Shown: positions 24,121 to 36,902, numbered from the stretch's first letter. The stretch: DNA of 64,000 nt from Schmidtea polychroa (GCA_044892525.1 CM097885.1:65348001-65412000), one strand, 5' to 3'. A program made the numbers and translations. The notes: generated by a model not told the origin, from the letters alone.

Positions 24121-24790
24121 CACGTTGACGGACACAAAATATACTGAAGTTCAAAATTTCACACTGAAAGTTTTAGGTATGTGAATTGAAACTGTTACTA
24201 TAGGTGATAAAATGATTAATTTCATTAATAATTGTATTTAATTAGCCTGTGAGTATAGCCGTCTTGTCACATGATATGGGTCAGAAATATAAAATGTGAA
24301 AGGTGTTGATAGCCGTCATTCTAAAATCTTTAAAATTTTCGTATCACTACTTACGATGATGATAATGATAAAACCTAAAAAGAATCAAATTACTACCCAC
24401 ATTACTTCTTATTTGGTTGCATTTGTTTTTTCGAACATAAAAGACTACATTAGAGTAAAATAAGAATAAGTATTATAAGCACAGTAAAATAAAAATAAGT
24501 ATTCGTTAATAGTTAAACAGTTAATTAATATTAATTTTTATGCCAATCTTCGAAGCACTGGCCAGGGCATAATGGTGTAGAGTTAACACAAGTATGGCAG
24601 TACCATGATGTTTCTTCCTAAGCTTATTTTGCGTACACTGTTTACAGCGTAGGAAATATGTTATGCGTTTGTGGTTTTCAGGAACTGGTATTTTCGCCAG
24701 AAAAATGCTGAATATTGTTTCCTTCAGTTTCATTAGGTGTTGGGTTAGGAATTGAAGAGGTTGACACTTTTGTTTTGTTTTTTTTTGCAA
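24121..24790 (-). mobile_element. 3' end of a piggyBac element (Cys-rich domain plus terminus)
   Basis: TTAA at 24117-24120 followed by CACGTTGACGG; RCKQC...WYCHTC..PLCPGQCFEDWH after a frameshift. Confidence 0.7.
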
Positions 24791-24849
24791 ATAGTACTTA
24801 CTTCTATTTTAGTAATTGTTTAATAAGTATAAATATAATTACTTATTTA

Positions 24850-25328
24850 TGTTGGGTTTTATTAATTCAAGTCGGTAACCTCTGACTCCACCTGTCCTTT
24901 TAATCAAAACAATAAAATACCCAATGTATATTTGAATCAGAAAAATATATATCTCAACACAAATATTCAATTACCAAAGTTTTAAGAGTTTGGCCGATTT
25001 TCCGCTCGGTGTTGATGCTTTGACAAAAAGATAATATTCACCTTTTTATTCCCTAGCTTCTCTTGACCAACGTTTTCCTTCTACTAATTGATTTAATTCC
25101 TATCCACTGTTCTTCCTCCCATGACCAATTTTTCAGACTTAATTCGAACTTATGAATTTTTTATCGATTTTTCTCAAATCACCTTTTTTTTGCTTTTCCC
25201 ATATACTAATACACCAATTTTATTTCTACGCATTGTCAATTCTCTCCTTGACCAGTCTTACCCTTCTCTCATTCCTTTAATTACAAATATAATTCAATTT
25301 TAATTTTAATTATTTTATAACCCTAACA
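24850..25328. mobile_element. Deleted LTR related to the 19092 solo LTR
   Basis: Starts TGTTGGGTTTT and shares AAGTCGGT..CTCTGACTCC, AATCAAAACAATAA and AAAGATAATATTCACCTTTT blocks; no clean TSD. Confidence 0.65.
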
Positions 25329-25740
25329 TAAAGATTTTCGTCCTCGAAATATATATTTCGGTTTTGATACACATACACATGTCCATTCATATATCCATAT
25401 TTATTTATTTTGTGGATCAATTTTTTGCACTGTTCAAGTGTACAGCTTAGATTCATGAATCTATATTTAGGAGGTTATTTTCATTTTAATAGTTAATTCT
25501 TATTCAGTTTAAGGTTACATCAATAGATGGAAATGGTTATAGTTAAATCAATGCTCCAGATGTTCGCGAAGTTAAAAATTCCAATCTCGATTTAATTTAG
25601 ATATTTTCCAATTATAACAGAACTTTTGTTCGTCGTGATTCTGAATAAATTTTACTCAGTTATTTATTGATCTGTCGGAGTTAGCGCTAGCTGGTGTATA
25701 TTCGCTGGTGAGTTTAGTCTGATATCGTCAAAATTTAATA

Positions 25741-26663
25741 CACCTAATTCCGAAATTTAATAACTTCTATAATCTAAAAAAAAATCAATAAATATATATT
25801 ATAGGAACACACAAACTTACCTGTGTGTAGAAATTTATCATTCCGAAATTTAGTAACTTTGTTATAGGTTTTGTGAAGGTGAGAAAAAAATAACTCAACA
25901 CACCAACACAAAACACATGCAAAATTCTTATATAGGTTTTTGTTCCAAATCAAATAACTGTTAACATATTGTTAAAATATAATTATTTTAAAATTATTAA
26001 AAAATGGAAGAAAATAATTATAATTTAGACTTCAAAACTTCAATTTTTCGATTCCTAGCAAATAATTTAATATTATCAATCCAATAGAAAGCGTGTTTAG
26101 TAAAATCAAAGGCAGCATCAGAAAAGTAATATCAAGGACAAATGGATTCAGTTCAATGTCCTTCCCAAGCAGATTTGACATCGTCAAAGAAGCCATCGAA
26201 AATGAGCTGCAGAAAGAAGATTATAAAAATTTAAAAAACTATTTCGTTCATGTACGCCGATTTTTCCCTAAATGTCTTAAAAAATGTGTTTGGTGATTAA
26301 TTTTATTTATTTATAAATATAAAAATATCTAACTTACATTTTAGCGAAATAATTCCATATTAATGCATAAAATATCATAAATTTCCTAAAAAACACCTGA
26401 AATTTAATTATTAATATATTATAAATGATGACTAACAGTAATATTTAAGAACTTGAATAATGATCTCATAATTATATAAGATCAAAATTCAAGTCTTAAA
26501 ATATACTTGAAATTAAAAAAATTACCTGAAAACCATTTTTGTTGCTAATAAATTATAGAATAAATGAAATTGAGTAACTTCATTTTCACGTAAATGGTGA
26601 CTCACTCAACTGGTGTGCACACCAACGTGAATTATAGAGGTTACTCAATTTCGGAATTGGGTG
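25741..26663 (+). mobile_element. Non-autonomous Tc1/IS630-like element
   Basis: About 33-bp TIRs CACC(T/C)AATTCCGAAATT..TAAC.TCTATAAT with TA flanks; residual NPIESVFSKIK transposase C-terminus. Confidence 0.85.
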
Positions 26664-26949
26664 TATCTACTTCTTGATCGGAGATTGTTTGTCGAATTTG
26701 TGTCCTTTTGCTAAAATTTGTATTGTTATTTATATTATTTTAAAGTCACTAATTTTATTTATAGTAATTATTTAATTACTAAATATATGTTTACCTATTT
26801 AATAAAATACTATTTTTGTTTGTTTTCTAAATGTAGTAATTATTAAATACTGATAATAATTAATTTTATTTAATTCGAAAACGTTCCTAATGCATTTATC
26901 CCGGCTCCTACTGAACCCCAACATATGTATTATTTATAAATATATGATT

Positions 26950-27106
26950 CGATTTTTAAGTTATTTATAAAGAATTCTTATATTTAAATTTAATTATCGA
27001 AATTTAGAAAATATTTATTTAGAATGCCCGATTTTTAAGTTATTTAAAAAGAATTCCTATATTTAAATTTAATTATTGGAATTTAGAAAATATTTTTTAG
27101 AATGCC
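26950..27106. repeat. Tandem duplication, about 79-bp unit x2
   Basis: CGATTTTTAAGTTATTT...AGAATGCC is repeated at 26950 and 27029. Confidence 0.85.
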
Positions 27107-30100
27107 ATTATAAAACATTACAAATTATTTTAATTGCAAATAACACTGCTTTAGATGAATAAGTGGTAATCTGTTAGTATGTGAAAGAAGATGTAATGCA
27201 TTGTGTTTCGACGAAAAATAGCTCCTTGATTGGTTAAGGTTTCGAAATGACAACAGTGAATCCAGCAACATGGTTACAGTTAAAAGCAAAATGGTCAATA
27301 TATAAAAATAAACAATGGAGTCTGACAATACATGAAAAGAAATAATAGCTTGTTTTCGTATTAAAACAATGGTTATAGTTTTGTCATGAGGATTGCCCTT
27401 TAAATAAAATTTCTCTAAAATCTTAATCGTTTTCTCTATGCCATTTGTTGTTCTGCTTTGTTTTTGTTTGCTGTTGGACTTAATTTTCCTACATTTACTT
27501 AATTTTATCTTTTATTTTAGAACTCCATCGTAAAACTTGACCCTTTCATCTTTCTGTCACTAAATTTACCTCAGGATTTTCTTAGGGTTGCGCTACACGC
27601 GCCACCTCGTTCAGAATTGAAACGAACTTTTGCCTGTGTAGATTTGTCCCACAAGTTTAGAAGATTTGAAAAGCGACCTCCTCGGGGTGTAGACGAGGAT
27701 TCATGCTTCTCCATTGAAAGTTTTGTCCTATTGGAGGACTAACTTATATACATTTTAATATATAAATTTTGTTTTATTCATTTATTTTCTTTTAAAATTT
27801 AATTTTATTGATCAAAATTTTATTTTCGTTTAGCCGTTCTCTTTTGGTACTTCGAGGACGAAAGTGAGGTTTTCATTATACATTTTTATTAATCATTAAA
27901 TTATTCTAATCTACCGCATTCATCTCTACCTCCTCATTGGTAGGACATTCCTTTTCCTGCATCTGCATTCTCAACAATACGACTTCAGCTTCGTATTGGA
28001 ATAAGAGAATCTCCATTCTTTCAAGCTTTCTTTTACACATCATATCCTCTTGTTCCAAATCGTTGATTTTTCTCTCCATTGTTTTCACTTTTTTTCATTT
28101 CGTTCATTGTGTTTCGACATTCTTTCATTGATTCTTCCTCGTGGGCCTCCTGAAGTCAAATATAAATAAAATTTTCTTAAACACTATCGCACAAGGCAAA
28201 GCACACCACAGCGAAGTCCGACCAAACAAGGTAACAAATCTATATTCATATTAATCTATAACTATGCTAATTTTATAGAATTTATTTACACGCATGCAAT
28301 TTTACCATGTAGTTTCATACTGTGGTTTCGATCACATTGAAAGACTCGAGTCGTAGGTTATCTATAGTATGCTTTCTATTTCTGCACAGAATGATTTTTA
28401 TTACTATGAACACTGTCAGGATGAGTTATGGTATGTTGTAGTTCTTGAAATTTAATTATAACGTTTACTATTGTCTGTATATTAATTATTGTCGGTGTGT
28501 ATAGGAAAGATTTGTTAAAACCTAACAGTCTCCTGTAAAAATCTGTGTCGGGACTGTTAGGGTGTGTGTATGTAATGTGAAAAAAATGATAATAATAATA
28601 ATAAGAAGTGTAACAAATTTAACAAACAAAATATATTATCAAACTTTTATTAAAAAAATACTATAAGACCTTATTTAATTGGGATATTGTTAAACTTAGA
28701 ACAGACTTCGAGTATCTAGATCGTTTGTTGTTTAATCGTGAATTTAGTATATTTGGCTTTTTATAATTTTTATAATCAAGAGTGTTTTGAGTTGTTTTGT
28801 TGAATTTGGATTAAACTTTGAATATCTAGATCATTGTTGTTTAATCAGTAAATTTAATAAATCGGGATCGAAATTGCTTTTTCTGTCTTCTTGTTTTTGA
28901 ACTATTCTTTCGATTATTTAAAATATCAAATTTCCGTAATTATATCTTTCGAATTTTCTTTATAGATTTTTTGAATTTTTGTTTTAAACATTTCATTTCC
29001 CTAACACTACGGGAACAAAATGATAGGAATAAGAAAAACCTAATTGATGTTTTTTTAATACATAAAAACAATAAAAATACAACATTCTATTACAAGGTAT
29101 ATCAAAATATTCACAGATTATTAAAGTTTGACCAATCTCAGCTTGAGTCCGTTTATTTATTAACAATTAAAAATAAAATTAACAATCACCTCAAATATAT
29201 TTCAATTTGTATTGTATAAATATATATATAAATATATATATATATATATGCGTGTGTATGTGTGTGAATGTCTACAGCTTCCTGCGCTCGGATATGTAAA
29301 ATAGGTATGCTCTAAATTATATTGCAATATCAATTTCTGAATTTGCAATTCTTCTTAGAAGCGCTTATTTTTTGGGTGATTTGACTGAGAAATCCGTCGA
29401 CTTATATATGAAATATATATGTCAACACACTCTGTTCTGTTAAAGTCAATAGTATTTCTGTCTTTAAAAGTGCAGATTTTAATTGTTACTATTTCTGGAA
29501 TTATCCCTTTACCCAGCATCTTTAATGTATCTTTGTTTGTTATTTATAGACAAAATTGATAAAATATTATTAATGAATTCTAATACACATTCAATCGATA
29601 ACTGTAAGATTACATGTAAAAATAGTTCAAAAATTATATTTGATTTTAAAGTTTTAGCCCCTCTATATGATTGTCGAAAACGTGGAATCAATTATTTATC
29701 AGAAAAGTCCCAAGGAAAGTTTTGAGATTTATGCACATTTTTATATTTATTTCTAAAGCTCTAAAGCTATCATTGTTAAAAATTTATCTGTGTAACTCAC
29801 TACAAATATTGATTCATGATTATATGGATTTTTACTATTTTATTATTTTAATATAATTTTATGATTTATATTTTTTTCTCTTTATAATTTTGCCAATAAT
29901 TTTCAAACAAAAATGCACTTAGTGCGAAAATCACTGCTACCAACAATCAACCAGATGGTTGAATTTTTAATTAAAATAATAAAATAATAAGAAGAAGAAT
30001 AATAATAAGAATGACAATAACAATAATAATAACGATAATAATAATGATAAAATATTATACTGAAAAGTAACAACATATTCTGATATTTACTTGGTAATAA

Positions 30101-30356
30101 AAATCGGTTTATCTCATCAGAAATATTTTAAACAAAACTGTTGTTTAACCCAAAATAATTGCGTGTAATTTCTTAATGCTTTTTACTGATAATATTGATT
30201 TGTATATAAAATATTTAATAATAGCAACAACAATAACAATAACGATAACAATAAATAAAACAAAATAAATTTATTAATGTCATCAATTGCATCACATCAA
30301 ATTTTTAATAATACGTCAATATAATAATGTTTATTCTTTTCATCTCGTAGATACCA

Positions 30357-30647
30357 TCATTTTTGATTATTGTCTACATTTATATTTATTCTGTACCTAT
30401 TTGTTCCTATTGTATAGTATTTGAGCTTCAAAATTTTTAACGTCCTTCCATCTTCTAACATTACTCTCTGGGGCGTTAAGGTTATGTCCTCATAACCTTT
30501 TCCTACAAAATATATATCTATCTTTTTTCCTTCTTTAATTATTGTTGTTTTCTTGATATTTTTATCATATATTATTGTAATATATTCTTCCTGAATATCT
30601 TCTATTGAAATCGTAGGTTCTGGTCCTAGTTCATCTTCTTCCTCCAT
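30357..30647 (-). CDS. Acidic plus ubiquitin-like terminal ORF of element 2
   Basis: Contains PQRVMLEDGRTLK; LEDGRTL is identical to ubiquitin residues 50-56. The rest of the fold is only weakly similar. Confidence 0.4.
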   Translation of the reverse strand: MEEEDELGPEPTISIEDIQEEYITIIYDKNIKKTTIIKEGKKIDIYFVGKGYEDITLTPQRVMLEDGRTLKILKLKYYTIGTNRYRININVDNNQK

Positions 30648-30699
30648 TTGTTCTTCTTCGTCATTTATTTCCTTTTGTTCTATGATTTTTGTTTGTTCG

Positions 30700-31560
30700 C
30701 CATCTTCATTCCATTTGTATTCATCTTCATCATTATATATATATATGTGTGTGTGTGTGTTTATTCGGAGTAATTTTTTCCATTTCTCTTTCTATCGCTT
30801 GTTCCCATTCAATTTCGGTGAGAATATAGATAAGTCTGGTTATGAGGCATATATCATTGATGTTGAAGGGTTCTGGTTTCAGTAATATGTCTTTCAATTT
30901 TTTGTTTCTTTTTAAATCATTTGTATGTTTTATTACTTGAAACGCAAGATTGGATAGCTTGATTCTCCAGAATATTTTCTACGAATGTTCTCATGTATCT
31001 TTGATTCGACAGTTCCCTTATTCCCATGACTAATTGTTACACATTTTATTTTTTTGGCGATGTCAAATCCAACTATAATTTTCCCATATAAATGTCTCTT
31101 TATTTCTAATAGGGCTGCGTATTCATCCATATTACCCAAGATACTTTCTCTGTTGGCATTCGTTTTTTCCGGGAAAAATTACCTTACCTTAACTCTTGGG
31201 GTTATTTTACTTTGAAATAGACAGTCTCCTTTGTGATTTCTTATACAGACGTCTACTGATCTAAGGTTCCTATTAAAATAATTTACTGTTTTAATGTCTA
31301 CAAATACTATTTTTTCTTTTCTCTCTTCTGGTGTGAGTATTTGTTTTTGTAAAGGCTATTTTTTCTTCTATAAATATGCTATTCATTGTGATGTTTGACT
31401 AGATGGGTTCTAAACTTTTAAAAGGGTTTTATAATGTTGGAAAAAATAACATCTCGATTGCTATAACACATGGCATGTTGTGCATTTGTACAATTCTGAT
31501 GACATTTTTCTATTGTTGATTGTTTTGAAAATTATGGATATGTTATTCACTCCGATAACG
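30700..31560 (-). pseudogene. REX4/ISG20-like exonuclease-fold ORF, copy B
   Basis: MPCVIAIEMLFFPT..NPFKSLE, FVDIKTVN, HLYGKIIVGFDIAKKIK and IYILTEIEWEQ align colinearly with copy A; several stops and shifts. Confidence 0.6.
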
Positions 31561-32759
31561 CTGCCTCTTCCACTTATATTTTCTATAAGTTTGGATACTT
31601 ATCCATATTATTATTATTGTTATTAGTACTATACTAAATATTATTATATAAAAGAGCCATTTTTTGTGTAAAGGTTTTTGTTGAGGGTAAAAGAGATTTT
31701 GATATTCCCAGTTGTTAATTGTTATTTCGGGTTTGTTGAGTGGTATTTTGAGGACTTTTGATTTTTGAGGTGGTGGTGTTTTTCGAGATGTGTATTTAAT
31801 ATTTAACTCTGTTAGAATATCAGCATCTTTATCCTTTAATGACGATTCATTAGCTATGTTTTTCAGTTTCTCGGCGACGTTATTATTCTTTGATCTCTTT
31901 TCATCTAATGGTGTGGGCATTATGCATCCTATGGCTCCTCTTGGAGTTTCTTTTAAACTTGGTTTTGAAATTTCCCTATTAATTACCTCTTCATCTGAAG
32001 TGACCTCTAAGTGTCTTTTTGCTGAAACTGTTATCACATTATTTTCACTTGACTTTATTCCATAATACATTAAACAATCTTCATTTTCCATCCTCATCCC
32101 ATAAAAATATAATATTATTTCATCGTGTATTCCTAATTTATTATGCCACTTGGCTCTTGCTATTTGTTTTAATTTTTTACTTTTGTACAAGCGTGTATTC
32201 CTTTTTCATGAATAATTATTCTAGATTTATCTCTTGCATCTGTCTTTAGAGAGATCTCTAATGGTCTATGGAATCTTTCGTTTTTTCGAATATATTCACT
32301 ATAACATCTTAACATCTCCTTTATCTCGATTTCAAGTTCAAACAATTTAGTTTCTTGTTGTCTCTTCGCTAAAAGCGGTATTAAATTTCCCAGGCTCTCA
32401 AGGTCCATTCCTTCCATTTGAATTTTATTTATTATTCGTAATGTCTCACTATCATCTACTAGATAATTTTTCAAAGATTCCTCTTGTTCTTGTCTCAAAA
32501 TATTCTGTCTATCTAACTCTGCCAATAATTGTTTATTTCTTTCTCTTTGCTCTCTTAATTCTTCATTGTCTAATCTAACTTCATTTGTATACGCTTTAAA
32601 TTCATTTATTGATACATCAATTTTATTTCTTTCAATCAATCTCTCATATTTTGTCTAAATTCCTTTAATTCATCTCTCAAAATTTCAATTTAATCATTCG
32701 ATTCCTTTATTTCCATACTATTTATTTGTTTTATTTCAGGCTCTTTTTAAATTGGACTC

Positions 32760-33900
32760 TATTCGGTGATTCGACTCGTATATTTCTACATGTTTTCACC
32801 ATATGACCATATTTCTGGGAGTCAAAACACCTTATTTCCCCTCGAAAATTAACTATCTCTTCCATCATTACTAAATGGGCTAGGTCGTCTATTTCTATTG
32901 AATATCTGTTGATTGGGACTCATTCTCCTTCCTCCAAAATTGTTTCTATTTGTCTCAACATCATTTCTGTTATCTCCATTTCTATTTCTATCAAATCGAT
33001 TTGTTCGTGTTTATTCGAAATAATTATTCCTATTATTCTGATTATCACTAAAACGATTATTTTTATTATATCGATTATTTCCGAAATAACTCTCTCTATT
33101 ATAATTTCTTTGACTCATGTTATCTCGATCATAACAATTATCTCTATTATTCATGTATGTATTTCTATCATTGAACTCTGAACGACCATTATTTCGATTA
33201 TTCGATTTATCCCTTGGACTATTAAATTTATTATTGTTATCAAAATTATGACTTCTATTCTTTTTTTTCTTCTATTCTTAACATAATTAAGATCCAACTG
33301 TTTCATTTCATCCCAAGGAATGTTGTCTTTATCAATTGACTTAGTTTTATCTTTTTCCACCTGAATTTCTACTGCTTCCATCGCAGAATTATATCTATCT
33401 CTTTGTATCGCTTCAATTCTTCGTGCTTTTTGTACTAACTCATTGAGATCTCCATATTCTACCATTATCAAAGATTTATATAAATGTTTTTGAATACCAT
33501 TCCATAATTGGTCTTCTATTAATCTTGTCGTGTGTTCTCCAACAATTCAGTTAAATTATAAACATATTCACCAATTGTTTCTCTACTACCTTGATATCTA
33601 TTTCGAAATTTTTGAACATTTATTTTCTGTAAGTCTCTCGATTGCTATTTGACTTCTCAGATTCTCAACTAACTCTTCCCAATTTCTACCCTTGCACTCT
33701 AAATTATTATATGCTTGTAATGCATACCCTTTTAAATATAATGGTATCCTTCTTTTTAGCTCATCTCTTGTCCATCCACAAGCTTCCGCAAACTGGGCAA
33801 TTTTTCATGCTCTACTGGTAATGTTTTTATCAAAATAATACGATTATTATTTTCATCATCTCTATTTTGCCAAGTATGACGGATGTTATCATTATTCTCA
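32760..33900 (-). pseudogene. Gag of element 2 with degenerate CCHC knuckle
   Basis: FAEACGWTRDELKRRIPLYLKGYALQAYNNL, DLNELVQKARRIEAI, and knuckle CFDSQKYGHMVKTC at 32788-32829. Confidence 0.75.
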
Positions 33901-34002
33901 TTATTATTCGCTCATTATTGTTTGATTTCTCAATTTATATATAATTTCAGGTTGATTATCAATGTTATCACAAAAATTATTTAATTACACTTGTCCAATA
34001 AT

Positions 34003-34046
<44 letters not shown>

Positions 34047-34116
34047 CCAATTAAGATACCCTCTTATCGCAATTCCTATCCCCCGAATTGATTTATTCAA
34101 TTTTGTTTTAATTTAG

Positions 34117-34134
34117 TCCCGGTTCGCGGCACCA
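34117..34134 (-). promoter_or_regulatory. Primer-binding site, complementary to a tRNA 3' end (most like tRNA-Phe)
   Basis: Minus strand TGGTGCCGCGAACCGGGA, 2 nt from the LTR end CAACA. The tRNA assignment comes from recalled tRNA-Phe 3' ends. Confidence 0.8.
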
Positions 34135-34227
34135 AATGTTGAGGTTCTCAAATCTCAACTTGATGATTCCTATATAAATAAGAACGCAAACACTGGTTCA
34201 ATAAATTTATTAAATCATCACAATTAA

Positions 34228-34240
34228 AAATGAAGTTAAA

Positions 34241-34317
<77 letters not shown>

Positions 34318-34330
34318 TGTGTATGTGTAT
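34228..34330. repeat. (TA)n followed by (TG)-rich microsatellite; similar tracts at about 29215-29275 and 33992-34043; (AAT)n at about 34893-34947
   Basis: Directly visible. Confidence 0.95.
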
Positions 34331-34892
34331 GTGTATGTAAATGCTTGCAGCTTCCTGAGCTCGGGTGTGTAAAATAGGTATGCTCTAAATTAAATTACAA
34401 TATCAATTTCTGAATTTGCAACTCTTCTTAGAAGCTCGTATTTTTTGGGTGATTTGACTACTTATATATCAAAATTTTTGTTGACTAAATAAACATGGTG
34501 CACTTAGTGCACTGCATTAAATAAATAAGCTCAAATCGTTCAATCAATTATTTTGTGGAGTGCTATATTACAATTCTCTGATTCCAAACAGTGCACTTAG
34601 TGCACAAAATAAACCAGCACAAATATATATTCAACCAACTGGTTGATTTTAAATGAACAAATTATTAGTTTTTGTTTTTTGTCTGATAAAGTTTTAAAAG
34701 TCGTTCGGAATCCTAAATAATAAAATAGTCAATAAATTTTTTAAGAACAACAATTTGTAAATTTTTCTACTTATAATAAATTATTTAAATATATACCTTT
34801 AGCAATTTTATTTAATCAATCAAATAAAACCAAATTTTCAGTTGTGTTTATGAATTTTTAGAAAAATCAATATATTATTATTAATAATCATG

Positions 34893-34947
<55 letters not shown>

Positions 34948-35279
34948 GTAACAACTAGCAGATAATAACGCTCACAAAAATAAGTATAAGAATATATTAG
35001 TATTATTCATAAAAATATAATATATCTCCAAGAACCAATAAATCAATATAATTGTATAAATAGATAAATTAACAGATCACATCAAATTGTTAATAATAAG
35101 TTATCACAATTGTAGTGATTTTTACACAGCGTTCTTAATAAAAAAGGAAAAAAACATGATCGTTTTATTTTCAAAAAAATTTCTAAAAATAAACATTTAT
35201 GTTAAACTTGTTTAAATAATCAGTTTTTTGATTCTTAAAAACAAATTATAATAATCTTAATATTTTTTAATAATTGATT

Positions 35280-35858
35280 ATGAATTATATTATTAATGAT
35301 TGGTTCACGGAATATTCCGATGGATGGGTTGGACAAGCTATGAGCCTGAAAATAAAAGAGATTCTAGAAAGTAAAGTAACCAAATTTCAAGATTTATTAA
35401 TTTTTGAAAGTCATGGGAAAGTTCTAGTATTAGATGGTATTATTCAATTAACAGAAAGAGATTAATTTCTATATCAGAAAATGACATCAATGTTACTGTT
35501 GAGTTCTCATCCTAATCCACAAAATATATTAATAATCGGTGGTGGTGACGGCGGAGTGATGCGCGATGTAGCTGAGTACAATAAAGTTAAAAAAATTATC
35601 CAATGCGAATTTGACGAAGAAGTTGTCAACTTGAGTAAGAAACACTTGCCATTCATGGCAGTTGGATATGATAATGATAAAGCAATTTTGACAATTTCTT
35701 AGGGCTTCGAGTTCCTCAAACAACGCAAAAATGAATTCGATATCATCATAACCGATAGCACTGACCCACAAGGCCCAGGCAAAGTTCTTTTTCAATCGAC
35801 TTATTTTCAGATGATTTATGAATCTCTGAAATCCGATGGAATTATGTGTTCTCAAGGA
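35280..35858 (+). pseudogene. SRM: Spermidine synthase pseudogene, intronless and 3'-truncated
   Basis: WFTE, KVLVLDGIIQLTERD*F, HPNPQNILIIGGGDGGV, CEFDEEVV, FDIIITDSTDPQGP and LKSDGIMCSQG; in-frame TAA (35463) and TAG (35700). Confidence 0.88.
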
Positions 35859-36136
35859 GTATTTCAAATTAGAATGAAAATCTTGGCCTGCATTTCTTTA
35901 TTAATATTACTTATGGCATTTTTGTTCAATACCAATTATGTGGCCGATTTATTTCTACCCTATATGCAAAATGTAACCTTGAAAGAAATGTGGAGTTATC
36001 AAGATATCAATTCTTTATACATCATCGAAATTGTTATTAAAGTTCCTAACTCAACCTTAGTTAATATGAAAAGTCGTTCGGAAAATCGTATTGTTCCCAC
36101 CTATATTATTAAATTCGAATTTCCTGGATGGATTTA

Positions 36137-36744
36137 CAGGGTTATTCAAATCTATATACCCATTTATGCAAATCAATATCCTTATTTATGCAAATCTATA
36201 TGCCCATTTAATAAAAACATATAAATATAAGGGTTGAGAGATAAAAAATTAAAAACGCCATAAATATATTTCAAAGGATCATTTATTATAAAAATTGTTC
36301 CCTTCTGAACATCTCTGGAATGATGAAACTTTGCATTGTCCATTACCAGAAATTCGCCTGGGTTTTTCCGAAAGTAGGGAATTAGATGTTCACGTATAAA
36401 CTCGATAAATAGAGATTGGTTGTATGAACCAGTTCGATATTGATAGACAACTATACCATTTATACCAATCACACACATTAAACTTTTATTCACATTTCTG
36501 TTAGCAGGAACTTGGATAAAAGCTTTTGTGTTTATAGGAGAATACCTGTATGCCCTACTTGTGTGCAGATTGAATCCTGTTTCGTCAAGAAATACCAGGT
36601 TTTCATCACTTATCATTAAAATTTCAGATGCATATATAAACTTTTAATTAAAAAGGTATATTGATTTGCATAAATGGGGATATAGATTTGCATAAAGAAG
36701 GATATAGATTTGCATAAATGGGTATATAGATTTGCATAACCCTG
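36137..36744 (-). mobile_element. Internally deleted IS630/Tc1-like (DDE_3) element
   Basis: TA flanks; TIRs CAGGGTTAT(T/G)CAAATCTATATACCCATTTATGCAAATC built from about 21-bp repeats; ORF LVFLDETGFNL...LVMDNAKFHH. Confidence 0.9.
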
Positions 36745-36902
36745 TAATGTAGATTATTTGAATAAGATTCGACGTGGTTTCACAACAATCTAAGGCTCGC
36801 AGATTCAATTTTGTCATGTCAAACCGATCGTAAAATCAACTTTAAACATTTTAGTCATGGTTTCAAATAGTCCATCAGGACTCCATTCCGTCCAAACTAC
36901 AA

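Larger units (their letters stand above)
29130..35100 (-). mobile_element. LTR-type element 2: gag, coiled coil, pseudo-exonuclease and UBL-like ORF; no pol
   Basis: PBS at 34117-34134 next to TGTTG at 34137. Long, partly diverged direct repeats at about 29130-30323 and 34137-35100. Purine tract GATGAAAAGAATAAA (minus) next to the left repeat. Confidence 0.7.

Noticed and set aside
27125-27328. Secreted-peptide-like 67-aa ORF
   Set aside because: TTG start, no recognisable motif, and hydrophobicity expected from T-rich DNA.
32100-32260. Degenerate aspartic protease in element 2 (LKTDARDKSRII)
   Set aside because: No D(T/S)G motif and no convincing ILGxD partner.
34117-34134. tRNA gene
   Set aside because: Only the 18-nt 3' end including CCA is present, next to an LTR end, so it is a PBS.
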